Shown: positions 1 to 9,948 of the stretch, piece by piece
Layout: each line of letters begins with the position of its first letter
Numbering within the stretch: the first letter of the stretch is position 1
DNA from: an uncultured cyanobacterium
GTDB taxonomy: Bacteria > Cyanobacteriota > Cyanobacteriia > Cyanobacteriales > CAWCAG01
Direction: 5' to 3'
Length of the DNA: 64,000 nt
Assembly (NCBI GenBank): GCA_963793425.1
Contig: CAWCAG010000009.1
Span: 160,001-224,000 of the forward strand
Position numbers and translations under genes: made by a program
The notes under the pieces: generated by a model
The model's database searches: none
What the model was told of the DNA's origin: nothing
The model's input: the letters and a program-made list of their open reading frames with translations, nothing else

Positions 1-2076
1 TTCCCACTCTCCGCGAATGTTTTTAGCATAAAGAATACGATCAGCAAATTCTTCTACCATGTAATAACGAACTTGGCTAGGAGCTTTTAACCAATTTTCT
101 AAGGTTTGGCGACATTGGCTAATAACTTGTTGGTGTAATTTTTCTAAGTTAGAACGTACTTCGCTAGGGTTGGTTGGTTCAGTTAAAACTTGATTTTCTT
201 CTTGATTAAGAGCATTTTCAATTGAGTTTAAAGGTTGGTCAACATCGGCTTGTAAATTGTCGCTAAGATGTTTACGAATAAAGCGTAATAAAGAACTGCT
301 GTAAGAGAATTCAAAGTCGCCTAGGGTACGAAAGCCTAACTCTAATTGATTCTGTTTCTGCGCCAGCAAATCCGCCATTTCTTGGAGAAACTCTGTCCCT
401 CGGCTAGGAATCAATTCTCCTAAACGTCCTTGCTTAATTAATACTTCTGCCACAGCAGTTTTCATCTTCTCGACAGATTTATTTAAACCTTTGTCAAGGA
501 GGAGGAAGTGTTGAGATAAATGAATGCGTAATTCTACAATATAAATACGATAAACCGCTGCATAGGACTCTTTAAACTCTAAAGTACGGCTGCGATCGCA
601 GATTTCTTGGTCTTGAGGAATACCTGAATCTTTAAGGCAGTTTTCCAAAGCATTTTCGACTGCTGTTTGAAAATCAAAATCAATGTCTTCACTTTTCGCT
701 TTAAGTTCGTTCCTTAAATCGACTAAACCGTTAACAACATCTTGTAAAAGTTGGTTAAACAAAACCCTAAACTGGCTAGATTCCCGACCATATTTAGCTA
801 AGGCGGGGCGAACAGTAGCTAATTCCTGAGCAATTTTTTCTTGTAGTTCTATTAAACGAGTTTGGCACTCTCTGGCGTAACGTTTATCTATTTCGTTAAT
901 ATTAACAGCCAGATAATCCAAGACTAAATCAAAAACTCGATTAGCATCTTTAGGTTCAGAACAATCAGCAATTTCGCAACGGACAACTTGAATAGTATCA
1001 ATATTTTGTTGTAGGGTTTGACAAGCTTTGAGGTTATTAGTTCTTTTACTATAATTGAGAACCATAAAAGAGCGATTTTCTAAGTTATTTAAAGCTTGGG
1101 TGGCCGTATCATAAAGTTGTGTATCTACAGGTTGCCATTGATAACGCATGGGGTCAGGGCGACGAATGAACAGAACAACATCAACCTCTTTTCCCAGAGT
1201 TTTTAGGATTAACTTTTCGTCCCCTAAACGGGAATCTCCCATCCCAGGAACATCAACCAAACTAACTTTACCAACATCAGGATTTTCAAAGCGACAAAAG
1301 ATGACTACTTCCCTAACTGCTAGATGTTTAAAAGTTGTTAGTTTATCTTGTCCATCTCGTTTTTGAATGACATAATCTGGTATTTCTTCTTGCTTAATAG
1401 CAAACTTTTGTGGTTCCCCTGGCTTAATTAAGTAGCGATATTTAGAGAGATTTTGGTGATAATCTTCCTTAAGATGCTTATACATCTTTTCTTTGGTGGC
1501 CCCAAGAGAAGGCGGTTCAATAAAAGTTTGACTAGCAAACTCATCTAAACTTTGGGGTTTATTAGCCAAACCTAACTCATCGTAATAAAGCCAAATAACT
1601 CCTGTTAAAAAAGACTCTTCAGAGTGGAGAGTAACTTCAGCAACAGTATCTCCTGGTTGATTTTCAATAGTACTGCGTACCGCCGTACAAGCCCCCCCTT
1701 CCAAAGCAGGAATCTCTTTATCGCTCAATCCGCTTAAACTTTTTAATAAAGTACTCTTACCCTGCCCCATCAAACCCACCACACCAATATTTAAAGTAGG
1801 ACGAGAAAAGCGTTCCCGTAGAGTATTTAACTTTTCTACTTCTGTTTGAATTTGTTGCAACAAAGGAGAAAAATCGCCTTTCGATAACTGTTCTTTTACC
1901 TCAACTTCTCCCACAGAATTGGTCAAATTTTGACGATAACTTTCCAATTCCCGAATTGCGGTATAAAGTTCCCGTAAGTGCATCTCTACCCACTGTATTT
2001 CCTCAGCTAAGGGTCTACGCTGAGCGATAATACTTTCGATACGTTCTGCTCTAGTATTAGTGTTAGTGGGGTTCAT
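1..2076 (-). CDS. Dynamin-like P-loop GTPase (3' end runs off the window)
   Basis: Not in ORF track. Hand translation from ATG 2076 gives MNPTNTNTRAERIESIIAQRRPL..., G1 GLMGQGKST, G2-like ACTAV, G3 LVDVPG, then a long helical region. No stop seen in the parts translated. Confidence 0.8.
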   Translation of the reverse strand, partial: MNPTNTNTRAERIESIIAQRRPLAEEIQWVEMHLRELYTAIRELESYRQNLTNSVGEVEVKEQLSKGDFSPLLQQIQTEVEKLNTLRERFSRPTLNIGVVGLMGQGKSTLLKSLSGLSDKEIPALEGGACTAVRSTIENQPGDTVAEVTLHSEESFLTGVIWLYYDELGLANKPQSLDEFASQTFIEPPSLGATKEKMYKHLKEDYHQNLSKYRYLIKPGEPQKFAIKQEEIPDYVIQKRDGQDKLTTFKHLAVREVVIFCRFENPDVGKVSLVDVPGMGDSRLGDEKLILKTLGKEVDVVLFIRRPDPMRYQWQPVDTQLYDTATQALNNLENRSFMVLNYSKRTNNLKACQTLQQNIDTIQVVRCEIADCSEPKDANRVFDLVLDYLAVNINEIDKRYARECQTRLIELQEKIAQELATVRPALAKYGRESSQFRVLFNQLLQDVVNGLVDLRNELKAKSEDIDFDFQTAVENALENCLKDSGIPQDQEICDRSRTLEFKESYAAVYRIYIVELRIHLSQHFLLLDKGLNKSVEKMKTAVAEVLIKQGRLGELIPSRGTEFLQEMADLLAQKQNQLELGFRTLGDFEFSYSSSLLRFIRKHLSDNLQADVDQPLNSIENALNQEENQVLTEPTNPSEVRSNLEKLHQQVISQCRQTLENWLKAPSQVRYYMVEEFADRILYAKNIRGEWE

Positions 2077-2183
2077 TTACTCAAAATCTACTTAAAAAGG
2101 GAACAGTAAAGTAAATATGTTTGCGAAAAAGGGCATACTTAAGGTAAAGTTTGCAAGCAAAGAAAAAGATTGCTTTTTTGAGT

Positions 2184-3143
2184 ATGCCAGTGGATTTTAC
2201 AGTAGCTATACCTACTTATAACGGAGCAAAGCGTTTACCAGAAGTATTAGAACGACTGCAACAACAACTTAACCCAGATAAACTTAACTGGGAAATTGTA
2301 GTTATAGATAACAATAGCACTGATAATACTGCCCAAGTTATTCAAGCATATCAAGCTGATTGGCAACAGTCCTATCCTTTAAAATATTATCTAGAAACTC
2401 AACAAGGCGCTCATTTTGCCCGTACCCTTGCCCTTCAAGTAGCTTCTGCCCCTTTAGTGGGTTTTCTTGATGATGATAACTTACCAGAAACAAATTGGCT
2501 GACTCAAGCTGATCACTTTGCCAAAAACCACCCCCAAGCAGGGGCTTATGGTGGCAAAATTCATCCCCTTTATGAAGTTAAACCTCCTGCTAATTTCCAC
2601 CGCATCGCTTGTTTATTAGCCATCATTGATCGTGGCTCTCAACCATTGTTATATAACCCTCAAAACCGACTCTTGCCCCCTTCGGCAGGCTTGGTAGTAC
2701 GCAAACAAGCTTGGCAAGAATGTGCCCCTCCTCAACAAATTTTAGGAGGCAGAAATAAAGATAGTATGCTTACCAGCGAAGATTTAGAAATGCAATCTTA
2801 CCTACAAAAAGGAGGTTGGGAAATTTGGTACAATCCAGAGATGGTCATCAACCATAAAATTCCGGCTTGGCGCTTAGAAAAAGACTATTTAATTAATTTG
2901 GTGCGGGGTATTGGTTTAAGTCGCTACGTTACTCGCACAGTTACTTATAAACCTTGGCAAAAACCATTAATTTCTTTGGTTTATTTAATTAATGACTTGC
3001 GTAAGATTATGCTTCATTTACTTAAGTACAAATTCCAAGTCAAAACCGATCTTGTAGCTGCTTGTGAGATGGAATTGTTTGTAAGTAGTTTAAGTAGTCC
3101 TTTTTATTTATGGAAAAATGGTTATCTTAAATCAAGACAGTGA
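2184..3143 (+). CDS. hpsE: GT2 glycosyltransferase, HpsE-like (hormogonium polysaccharide)
   Basis: DFTVAIPTYNG, IDNNSTD, FLDDD, EDLE motifs; C-terminal DLVAACEMELF. ATG 2184 preferred over TTG 2151. Confidence 0.75.
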   Translation: MPVDFTVAIPTYNGAKRLPEVLERLQQQLNPDKLNWEIVVIDNNSTDNTAQVIQAYQADWQQSYPLKYYLETQQGAHFARTLALQVASAPLVGFLDDDNLPETNWLTQADHFAKNHPQAGAYGGKIHPLYEVKPPANFHRIACLLAIIDRGSQPLLYNPQNRLLPPSAGLVVRKQAWQECAPPQQILGGRNKDSMLTSEDLEMQSYLQKGGWEIWYNPEMVINHKIPAWRLEKDYLINLVRGIGLSRYVTRTVTYKPWQKPLISLVYLINDLRKIMLHLLKYKFQVKTDLVAACEMELFVSSLSSPFYLWKNGYLKSRQ

Positions 3144-3189
3144 CTTTCTCTAAATATTTATCCTGAAGCCAGCTCTTTATTTCAAAGTA

Positions 3190-4077
3190 TCATTTGCTGT
3201 ACTGCTGCTGAAGAAATTGAGTAAATAACTGAACCTTAGTAGAAAGGTGGCGATTGAGAGGATAAATCACACATAGAGTTAGTTCTGGTGGTTGATAGTT
3301 GGGTAAAATGATTTGTAATTTTCCTTGTTCTAACTCTTCTTTGACAATAAAAGTTGGTAACATCACAATGCCTAAACCTGTTACTGCGGCATTCCTCAAA
3401 ACTTCCCCATTATTGCAACAAAAAATCCCATCAATGGAGACTTGCTCTTCTTTTTTTTCACTAATTAATTGCCACTGACAACCTGTCGTTAAATAGCCAT
3501 AGTGCAAACAAGAATGATTTTTTAATTGCTGAGGAAGACTGGGCATTCCTTTTACTTTTAAATAACTAGGTGCAGCACAAATAACACGAGGAAGTACCGT
3601 AAGATGGTGAGCTACTAAACTAGGAGATTCTAGGGGCAAACCAATACGAATAACCAAATCGTAGCCTTCAGCAATGGGATCTACAAAACGATCTTCTAAA
3701 GTTAGTTGAATTTTAATATCTGTATAGCGGTTCATAAATTCAGCTATTTTCGCACCTAAAGAAGAAATGCCAAAAGACATGGGAGCATTAATTTTTAGTG
3801 TTCCCTTGGGTTCATTATGTTCTTGTGAGACTGCTAACTCTGCTTCTTCTATGCTGCTGAGAATCTCAATACAGCGTTGGTAAAAGGCTCGTCCATTATC
3901 TGTGGGTGTAACTTGACGGGTTGTACGATAGAGCAGTTGCACTCCTAAATGATTTTCTAAATTAATTACCAGCTTATTCACCGCAGAGCGAGATAGTTGC
4001 ATTTTCCGCGCCGCAGCAGCAAAGCCACCTTCTTCAACTACTTGGGTAAATGCTCGCATACTTTCAAACTTATCCAT
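3190..4077 (-). CDS. LysR-family regulator (CrgA/DmlR-like)
   Basis: N-terminal wHTH (GGFAAAAR...LLYRTTR) plus LysR substrate-binding domain; divergent from pirin. Confidence 0.95.
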   Translation of the reverse strand: MDKFESMRAFTQVVEEGGFAAAARKMQLSRSAVNKLVINLENHLGVQLLYRTTRQVTPTDNGRAFYQRCIEILSSIEEAELAVSQEHNEPKGTLKINAPMSFGISSLGAKIAEFMNRYTDIKIQLTLEDRFVDPIAEGYDLVIRIGLPLESPSLVAHHLTVLPRVICAAPSYLKVKGMPSLPQQLKNHSCLHYGYLTTGCQWQLISEKKEEQVSIDGIFCCNNGEVLRNAAVTGLGIVMLPTFIVKEELEQGKLQIILPNYQPPELTLCVIYPLNRHLSTKVQLFTQFLQQQYSK

Positions 4078-4081
4078 GATT

Positions 4082-4098
4082 GTATACTTTTTGGATAC
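4082..4098. promoter_or_regulatory. Candidate LysR box
   Basis: GTAT-N9-ATAC dyad containing T-N11-A, just upstream of the lysR start in the divergent spacer. Confidence 0.35.
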
Positions 4099-4192
4099 GA
4101 TGCGTCTCTAAAATAGCATATTGTCTTTTTAAAAGAACTACTTCATAATATAACTAAGAACAAATCATCTTAAAACTAAGGAGAGAACAGTT

Positions 4193-4894
4193 ATGATTAC
4201 TATTCGTCCTGCCGATGCAAGGGGTAATGCTAACTTTGGTTGGCTTGATAGCAAACATACTTTTTCCTTTGGTAATTATTACGATCCTCAGCAGATGGGG
4301 TTTGCCAGTCTGCGGGTTATTAATGAAGACAAAGTGCAACCAGCCAAAGGTTTTGGTACTCATAGCCACAAAGATATGGAAATAATCTCCTACGTTTTAG
4401 AAGGAGAGTTGGAACACAAAGATAGCATTGGTAACGGTTCGGTAATTCGCCCAGGGGATGTGCAACGGATGTCTGCTGGTACAGGGATTGCCCACAGTGA
4501 GTTTAATGCTTCTGCTACTGATCCGGTTCACTTTCTGCAAATTTGGATTATGCCAAATCAAGCAGGAATACAACCGAGTTATGAGCAAAAATACTTCCCT
4601 GTAGAAGAAAAACCAGGAAAGTTGATCCTGGTTGCTTCTCCTGATGGCAGGGACAATTCAGTAACGATTCATCAAGATGCTAATCTCTATATTGCTGCTT
4701 TGAACAACGGCGATCGCTTGAATCATAGCACTAACAGCAATAGATCATTGTGGCTACAAGTAGCTAGAGGTTCAGTAGAGATTAATGGTCAATTGCTTAA
4801 TAGTGGTGACGGTGCTGCCATAACCAAAGAAACAGATATTGCGATCGCCGCTACTAATGGTAATACTGAAATCCTACTGTTCGATTTAGCCTAA
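4193..4894 (+). CDS. Pirin-family protein (YhhW-like)
   Basis: [27 protein letters not shown] metal-binding cupin motifs. Confidence 0.95.
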   Translation: MITIRPADARGNANFGWLDSKHTFSFGNYYDPQQMGFASLRVINEDKVQPAKGFGTHSHKDMEIISYVLEGELEHKDSIGNGSVIRPGDVQRMSAGTGIAHSEFNASATDPVHFLQIWIMPNQAGIQPSYEQKYFPVEEKPGKLILVASPDGRDNSVTIHQDANLYIAALNNGDRLNHSTNSNRSLWLQVARGSVEINGQLLNSGDGAAITKETDIAIAATNGNTEILLFDLA

Positions 4895-4937
4895 AACCCC
4901 AGCCCCCTAGCTCCCCAGCCCCCCACCTCCCTAAATA

Positions 4938-5813
4938 CTACTTACCCTTCTGAGGATTCTTCGCTTGCTCAATGGCAATTTCTTTCATGGCTTCAAAAGA
5001 ATTGCGGTTAGAAGTACCTTCAATAGCTTTCACAGCCAAATCTTGCACCTGTTTTAAAGCTGCATCCAGTTGTTTGCCTAAACTAACCAAACGTCCGGCT
5101 TGATTCTCTATTGTTTCTTCTAAAGCCTGCACTCGCAGTTGATAATTATGTCTTTCTCCTTCAATTTCTTTATTACGTAAATCGGACTTTATTCTTCCTT
5201 GGTAATTACCAATGTTACGTCCCTTTTCTTTACCATTCCTGATAGTTTTCTCTAACTCTTCTTGATGATTTTTAACCTCAAGTTCAACCTCCCCGTACCG
5301 TTTTTCTTGAGTTGCGATCGCCTCTTCCCTTTCTCGCCACTGGTTTTCTTGTTCTTGACTGCTTTCTGCTAATTCTTCTCTATTCTGTTTAGAATCAGTC
5401 TCGTAAACCTCTATTAATTCCTCAAAACTTTCTTCAGTAACTACTTCTATCTCATGCAATTCTTGTAACTGCTCTTTTTCTTGTTCAACTGTAGCCTGAA
5501 GCTTTTCTAAACTAGAAGCTTCAGCAATCAACTGTTCTGATAAATTACTAGCTGCCCCACCAAAACCAATTTGAATCAATTCTAAACTATTAATAGTTTT
5601 GTCGATGCCTTTTTGAGCATTATCAGCTTGTTTATTTTCCGGCTTGTCAATCCTTACTAAAGGAGGAGAAACTACTTTACCGTTAGTCTTATCTGCTTTA
5701 TCTTCATGTAACTGTTGTAACTCAGTTTCCAAGTTACTTTTCTCCTTATTCAATTCCTTAAAAGCAGACAATATTTCCGCTTTCGTATTTCTGGAACTCA
5801 CACGCTTAGCCAT
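4938..5813 (-). CDS. Coiled-coil protein of unknown function, paralog A (probable in-frame internal deletion near 5370)
   Basis: E/K/Q-rich heptads; C-terminal QVQDLAVKAIEG parallels paralog B QAQQLAMRAF; lacks a central block that paralog B has. Confidence 0.75.
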   Translation of the reverse strand: MAKRVSSRNTKAEILSAFKELNKEKSNLETELQQLHEDKADKTNGKVVSPPLVRIDKPENKQADNAQKGIDKTINSLELIQIGFGGAASNLSEQLIAEASSLEKLQATVEQEKEQLQELHEIEVVTEESFEELIEVYETDSKQNREELAESSQEQENQWREREEAIATQEKRYGEVELEVKNHQEELEKTIRNGKEKGRNIGNYQGRIKSDLRNKEIEGERHNYQLRVQALEETIENQAGRLVSLGKQLDAALKQVQDLAVKAIEGTSNRNSFEAMKEIAIEQAKNPQKGK

Positions 5814-5833
5814 TATTTTCTCCTAGTTATTTG

Positions 5834-6692
5834 CTAATTATTAGAACTCTGAAAAGCTCTCATCGCCAACTGTTGCGCTTGATTGGTCGCAGCTTGTAAT
5901 TGTGCTGTCAACTCGTTCATTTGCTCAGCTTGTCGTTCAATACTTGCTTGCAAAGACTCTACTTTCAACTCATAACCTTGCTTAGCTGCCTCCCATTCTT
6001 TCTCAATCAAATTTGCCTTCACATTGGCTTCCCGTGTCGCTTCTTTTATGGCATCTTCCTTAGCTTTACTATAAGCTTGCTGTAATTCTTCAGCAAAAGT
6101 AGCAACCTTTTGTTCATTCTCAACAAACTCAGCCCGGTTATCAGTAAGATATTCTTCCCTTTCCTGCCAAGCTTTTTCTTTTTGTTGATTCTTTTGAGCA
6201 ATTTCTCTTTCCTGCTGCCGTTTTAACTCTTCATACTCATCCATCTCTATTTGGCGATCGCGCTCTATTTCATATTCATATTTTTCCCTTTCTTGTTGAC
6301 GAAATTTCGTTAACAATTCCTCCTCCATAGCTATTTTTTCAGTAAATTCTTGTTGTTCTTTTAACCAAGCTTTACGAACTTGAGCCATCTCCTTTTCTAA
6401 AGCTTCTTCTTGTTGCGCTGTCTTACTCTCCAACGCTGCCATTTTTTCTTGGTGTTCTTGCCGTAAAATATAAAGAGCATCAGCTACCAAACGTACTTTA
6501 CGAAGTTGTTCTAAATATTGGCTTTCAACAACAATTGCCTTACGTAAATCGTTTAATCTAATTGACTCTTCCTTCCTTAGTTGCTACCTTAGATTCTGTA
6601 TTTTTCTGTTCAGTAAAAAGCCGATTAAAAGCAGCCAGAATTTGCTCTTTACTGTCTTTGCGTACAGCTTGATTCATAACTTGTTTAACCAT
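5834..6692 (-). pseudogene. Coiled-coil protein paralog B, frameshifted by an internal deletion near 6570
   Basis: N-terminus MVKQVMNQAVRKDSKEQILAAF..KVATKE changes frame at GGAAGGAAG into EESIRLNDLRKAIVVESQYLEQLRKVRLVADAL, which continues as ORF 5834..6490. Confidence 0.75.
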
Positions 6693-6739
6693 GAATGATA
6701 ACTGGGAGAAAAAGGTGTTATGCAGGGTGAACACCTGAA

Positions 6740-6798
6740 TTGATGTAAAAATCAACTTTGTTGCCACCAGCATAACCTCATGTTGAATTTTTCGTCAA
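6740..6798. promoter_or_regulatory. Two TTGA-N8-TCAA palindromes, candidate XRE operators
   Basis: TTGATGTAAAAATCAA at 6740-6755 and TTGAATTTTTCGTCAA at 6783-6798, in the divergent spacer. Confidence 0.55.
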
Positions 6799-6838
6799 GC
6801 TATTGTAAAATATTCCTAAGCTTCCCAAGGTTAAAACA

Positions 6839-7192
6839 GTGAATCAGAATTTCGGTCAAATAATCCGCCAAGCCAGAAAGGACAAAGGCTATAGCCAAAG
6901 AGACTTAGCTAAGTTAGTTAAGCTAGACTTCACCTACTTATCTAAGCTAGAGAACAACCGTGCCGACTATCCCCCCAAAGAGGAAGTTATCCGTTCCTTA
7001 GCAGGGCAACTAGACTTAGATGCAGAGGAATTAATCTATCTTGCTGGCAGGGTTCCCCACGGTGAAGAAGACTTTCTCAAGGAAAACTACAAAGCAATGC
7101 CGTCTTTGTTCCGCAGAATGAAAGAAAATCCTGAGTTTGCACAGAAAGTGTTTCAAGAAGCAACCCAGGAGAATGATGGGGTGAAGAGATAA
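6839..7192 (+). CDS. XRE-family HTH transcriptional regulator
   Basis: FGQIIRQAR...SQRDLAKLVKLDFTYLSKLENN Cro/C1-type HTH. Confidence 0.92.
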   Translation: MNQNFGQIIRQARKDKGYSQRDLAKLVKLDFTYLSKLENNRADYPPKEEVIRSLAGQLDLDAEELIYLAGRVPHGEEDFLKENYKAMPSLFRRMKENPEFAQKVFQEATQENDGVKR

Positions 7193-7580
7193 TGAATTTC
7201 GTAGCAACTAGCAACTAGCAACTAGCCATTAGCAATTAGCTTTTACCCCTTAAAAACGAAAGGGTATTAACATACCAGTGCAACCCCTCATTTGCCGCAA
7301 TGATAGCGAATCTCAAGGCAGAGAATGGCAAGCCCAATATTTTGCTAGTTGCTTACTTATGCCTCAGTATATCTTAGTTAAGATGCAAGAAGATAAAGAC
7401 TTAACGAAGTGGAGTCATCTTTATGAAATAGCTGAACAATTAGGGGTAACTATTTCCAATTTAACTCATCGCTTAAAAGATTTGGATTGGATTGAAATTG
7501 CTGAAGGTTCTAAACAGATTAAGTTAGGAGAAAAAAGGCCAACAAGACAGCTTTATGGGCGATCGCCCATGAGCAAATAA
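7192..7580 (+). pseudogene. ImmA/IrrE (peptidase M78) metallopeptidase remnant
   Basis: Keeps EWQAQYFASCLLMP and the C-terminal HTH (EIAEQLGVTISNLTHRL). The HExxH-bearing N-terminal half is missing; the coupled ATG at 7192 runs straight into a heptamer repeat. Confidence 0.75.
7203..7240. repeat. Heptameric STRR (AGCAACT)n
   Basis: agcaactagcaactagcaactagccattagcaattagc; near-identical copy at 41822-41863. Confidence 0.85.
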
Positions 7581-7742
7581 GTGCTGAAACTTAAGAAATA
7601 AAACAAAAGATAGTTTGGTTGCGAACAGACAAGGTTTCACTGAAGAGTAATAATCTGTTGGAAAAACTATTTTCAAGAGCGCAACTTTTCCACCCTATAC
7701 ATAATACCATGTCAAGGGCGCTTGGTAACAAGTAAAAATTGA

Positions 7743-9725
7743 TTACTGAAACCCTCTTGTATTAATTTCTTGCAAATGCTCACCAGGGTTTAACCCATTA
7801 GAAAAGGTACTATTACTTGGGGTTGTTGTTGCTGGAGAGAGAAAATAATTAAGATTACCAGACCTCAATTGCTGCAATTCTGCTTTCTGTTCTGCCCTTT
7901 GTTTTTGTTGTTCTTTTTCCACATACTCCACAATCTTTCTCATCGCAATTTGACCAGTTTCAGTATGGAGAGGGACTTTTTCTAAATAATGTATTGCTTC
8001 AGTAAAGTCACCTTCTTCTGCTAAATCGTAAGCTTTTTGCAAGAAAAAATCAGCTCGGATACGTTGCTTTTGACGATATTCCTCTAACTTTGGTTGTACC
8101 CTTGCTCCCACAGCACTATCAGCAGGTATCTTTTCTAAATAAGTGAGGGCAGCAGTAAACTCTTTTTCTTTTGCTAACTCAAAAGCTTTAGCCAATAATT
8201 CTTCGGCATTAGTTTCTAAATTAACTTCTGCTTCTTCTACTAAAGGGGCAAGTTTTTCTTGCCAAAAAGGGCTAGGAGGAGCTTTTTGCGCTTCTGCTGT
8301 AACTCGCTGCCATTTTTCTTGTTCAAAAGCTGTTTTTGCTGCTTCATACTGTACTTTTGCTGAGCGCCATTCCTGCTGCCATTTAGCTACTCTGGTTTGA
8401 GATTTTTTGTAAACAGAACTTTCTTGATTAACAGATTCTGCTAAAGAAATAGCTTCAGTTAAATCTCCGTTGCCATAGGCTTGTTCTGCTTCCCATAAAA
8501 CATCAACTCCAGAATCAGCAAGATTAGTATTAAATAAATAATGAACCCCAAAAGCGATGGCTAAAGCATTCACCGCTGCCATACCAACCCCTAAACTAGT
8601 AAGGACGGGGAAGAGTTTAAAAAGGTCAAGAAAACCAGAATCTAATAATTTAATGCTGTTATCGGTAAGTTCTGGCCAAGAAAGTTTATTATCTTCCTTT
8701 TGAGGCTTTTCCTGTAAGCTTGGTTCGTTTAATAATTCCTCTTCAAAAATAGTTTCTTCCGTAATTAAAAGCTGTTCATCAGGACGATGACCAGGAAAAA
8801 GCACGAATTGAGGTAAGTCTAACTTACATAAGGGTTCTAAGGCTGCAATAACCTCTTGGGCTGACTGATAGCGCTGTTGGGTATCATAACAAGTCATTCT
8901 GTCGATAATGGCAGCCAATTGGTTACTAAAACCAAGTTCAATAGCATTATCTCGACATAAATGTCGCCAACTAATTTTACCCGTTTCTAAGTTAAGTTGT
9001 AATCTAGCTGGATCTAAGCCAGTTAAAGCTTGAATAGCGATGCTACCTACAGAATAAATATCACTATTAGCCTGGGGCTTGCCTATTAATTGTTCTGGAG
9101 CAATGTAACCTAAAGGACTAACTGCTACTGTAGTTTTAAAAGGAATAGTATTAAAAGACTGTTCTGGTTGAGAAATATCGATTAATTGAGCAGCACCAAA
9201 ATCAATCAGAACTAACTTTCCATCCTGAGAACGTCGAATCAAATTGTTCGGTTTAATGTCACAATGAACAACCCCCTGATTATGAATAAAATCTAAAATA
9301 TTTAATAGGTTATGAAGCAAATTCAACACCTGACCATCACAACCCCAACCACCGCAATATTCCCTTAAAGGTAAATAAGCATCAAGGGGTTGACCAGCTA
9401 TTAATTCTTGGATTAAATAAAAACCTTGACTCTCTTCAAAAAAGGCTAAAAGTTGGGGAACTTGTTCATAACCTTTTAGCTTTTGCAAAACTTCTACTTC
9501 TTTGTAGAATAAGCGTCTACCCGTTCTTAATAAACTAGGATATTCTCCGACAGTTTTCCGATGCTTAACTACACATTTTCTGCTTGGGGAAGTGGTAATA
9601 TCTTCAGCAATGTAAGTTTGTCCAAAAGCACCAGCGCTAAGAACTTTGACAATTTTATAACGCTCTTTTAATAATTGACCTAATAAGGGATAATTAACTC
9701 TATCAGCTAGCAATTTCTTTCCCAA
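7743..9725 (-). CDS. Hanks-type Ser/Thr kinase with TM helix and helical-repeat C-terminus
   Basis: LSAGAFG, VVK, HCDIKPNN (non-RD), DFG, APE motifs; hydrophobic segment, then TPR-like repeats. Confidence 0.92.
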   Translation of the reverse strand: MGKKLLADRVNYPLLGQLLKERYKIVKVLSAGAFGQTYIAEDITTSPSRKCVVKHRKTVGEYPSLLRTGRRLFYKEVEVLQKLKGYEQVPQLLAFFEESQGFYLIQELIAGQPLDAYLPLREYCGGWGCDGQVLNLLHNLLNILDFIHNQGVVHCDIKPNNLIRRSQDGKLVLIDFGAAQLIDISQPEQSFNTIPFKTTVAVSPLGYIAPEQLIGKPQANSDIYSVGSIAIQALTGLDPARLQLNLETGKISWRHLCRDNAIELGFSNQLAAIIDRMTCYDTQQRYQSAQEVIAALEPLCKLDLPQFVLFPGHRPDEQLLITEETIFEEELLNEPSLQEKPQKEDNKLSWPELTDNSIKLLDSGFLDLFKLFPVLTSLGVGMAAVNALAIAFGVHYLFNTNLADSGVDVLWEAEQAYGNGDLTEAISLAESVNQESSVYKKSQTRVAKWQQEWRSAKVQYEAAKTAFEQEKWQRVTAEAQKAPPSPFWQEKLAPLVEEAEVNLETNAEELLAKAFELAKEKEFTAALTYLEKIPADSAVGARVQPKLEEYRQKQRIRADFFLQKAYDLAEEGDFTEAIHYLEKVPLHTETGQIAMRKIVEYVEKEQQKQRAEQKAELQQLRSGNLNYFLSPATTTPSNSTFSNGLNPGEHLQEINTRGFQ

Positions 9726-9778
9726 CCCCCCAATATCATTTATCTTTTATCATTTATCATTGATCATTGTTGGCACTT

Positions 9779-9837
9779 CGCGTAGTAAATGCGACAATGC
9801 TCCGCAAACGTGTAAACGTTGTCGCATTTACTATGCG
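9779..9837 (+). repeat. 21-bp inverted repeat (hairpin)
   Basis: Arms at 9779-9799 and 9817-9837: 19 of 21 Watson-Crick pairs plus two G-T pairs. Confidence 0.85.
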
Positions 9838-9948
9838 TTGCTGTAGGCTAGCCTTGCGCCCTGGCTACATTTATCATCAGTTATTTGCGAGCGAAAAACT
9901 CTCCATAACCCATGTCTTAAATGAGTTGCCAAACAAATGTTCTAATAA

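Noticed and set aside
1148..1366. Short + strand ORF
   Set aside because: Antisense shadow of the dynamin-like gene.
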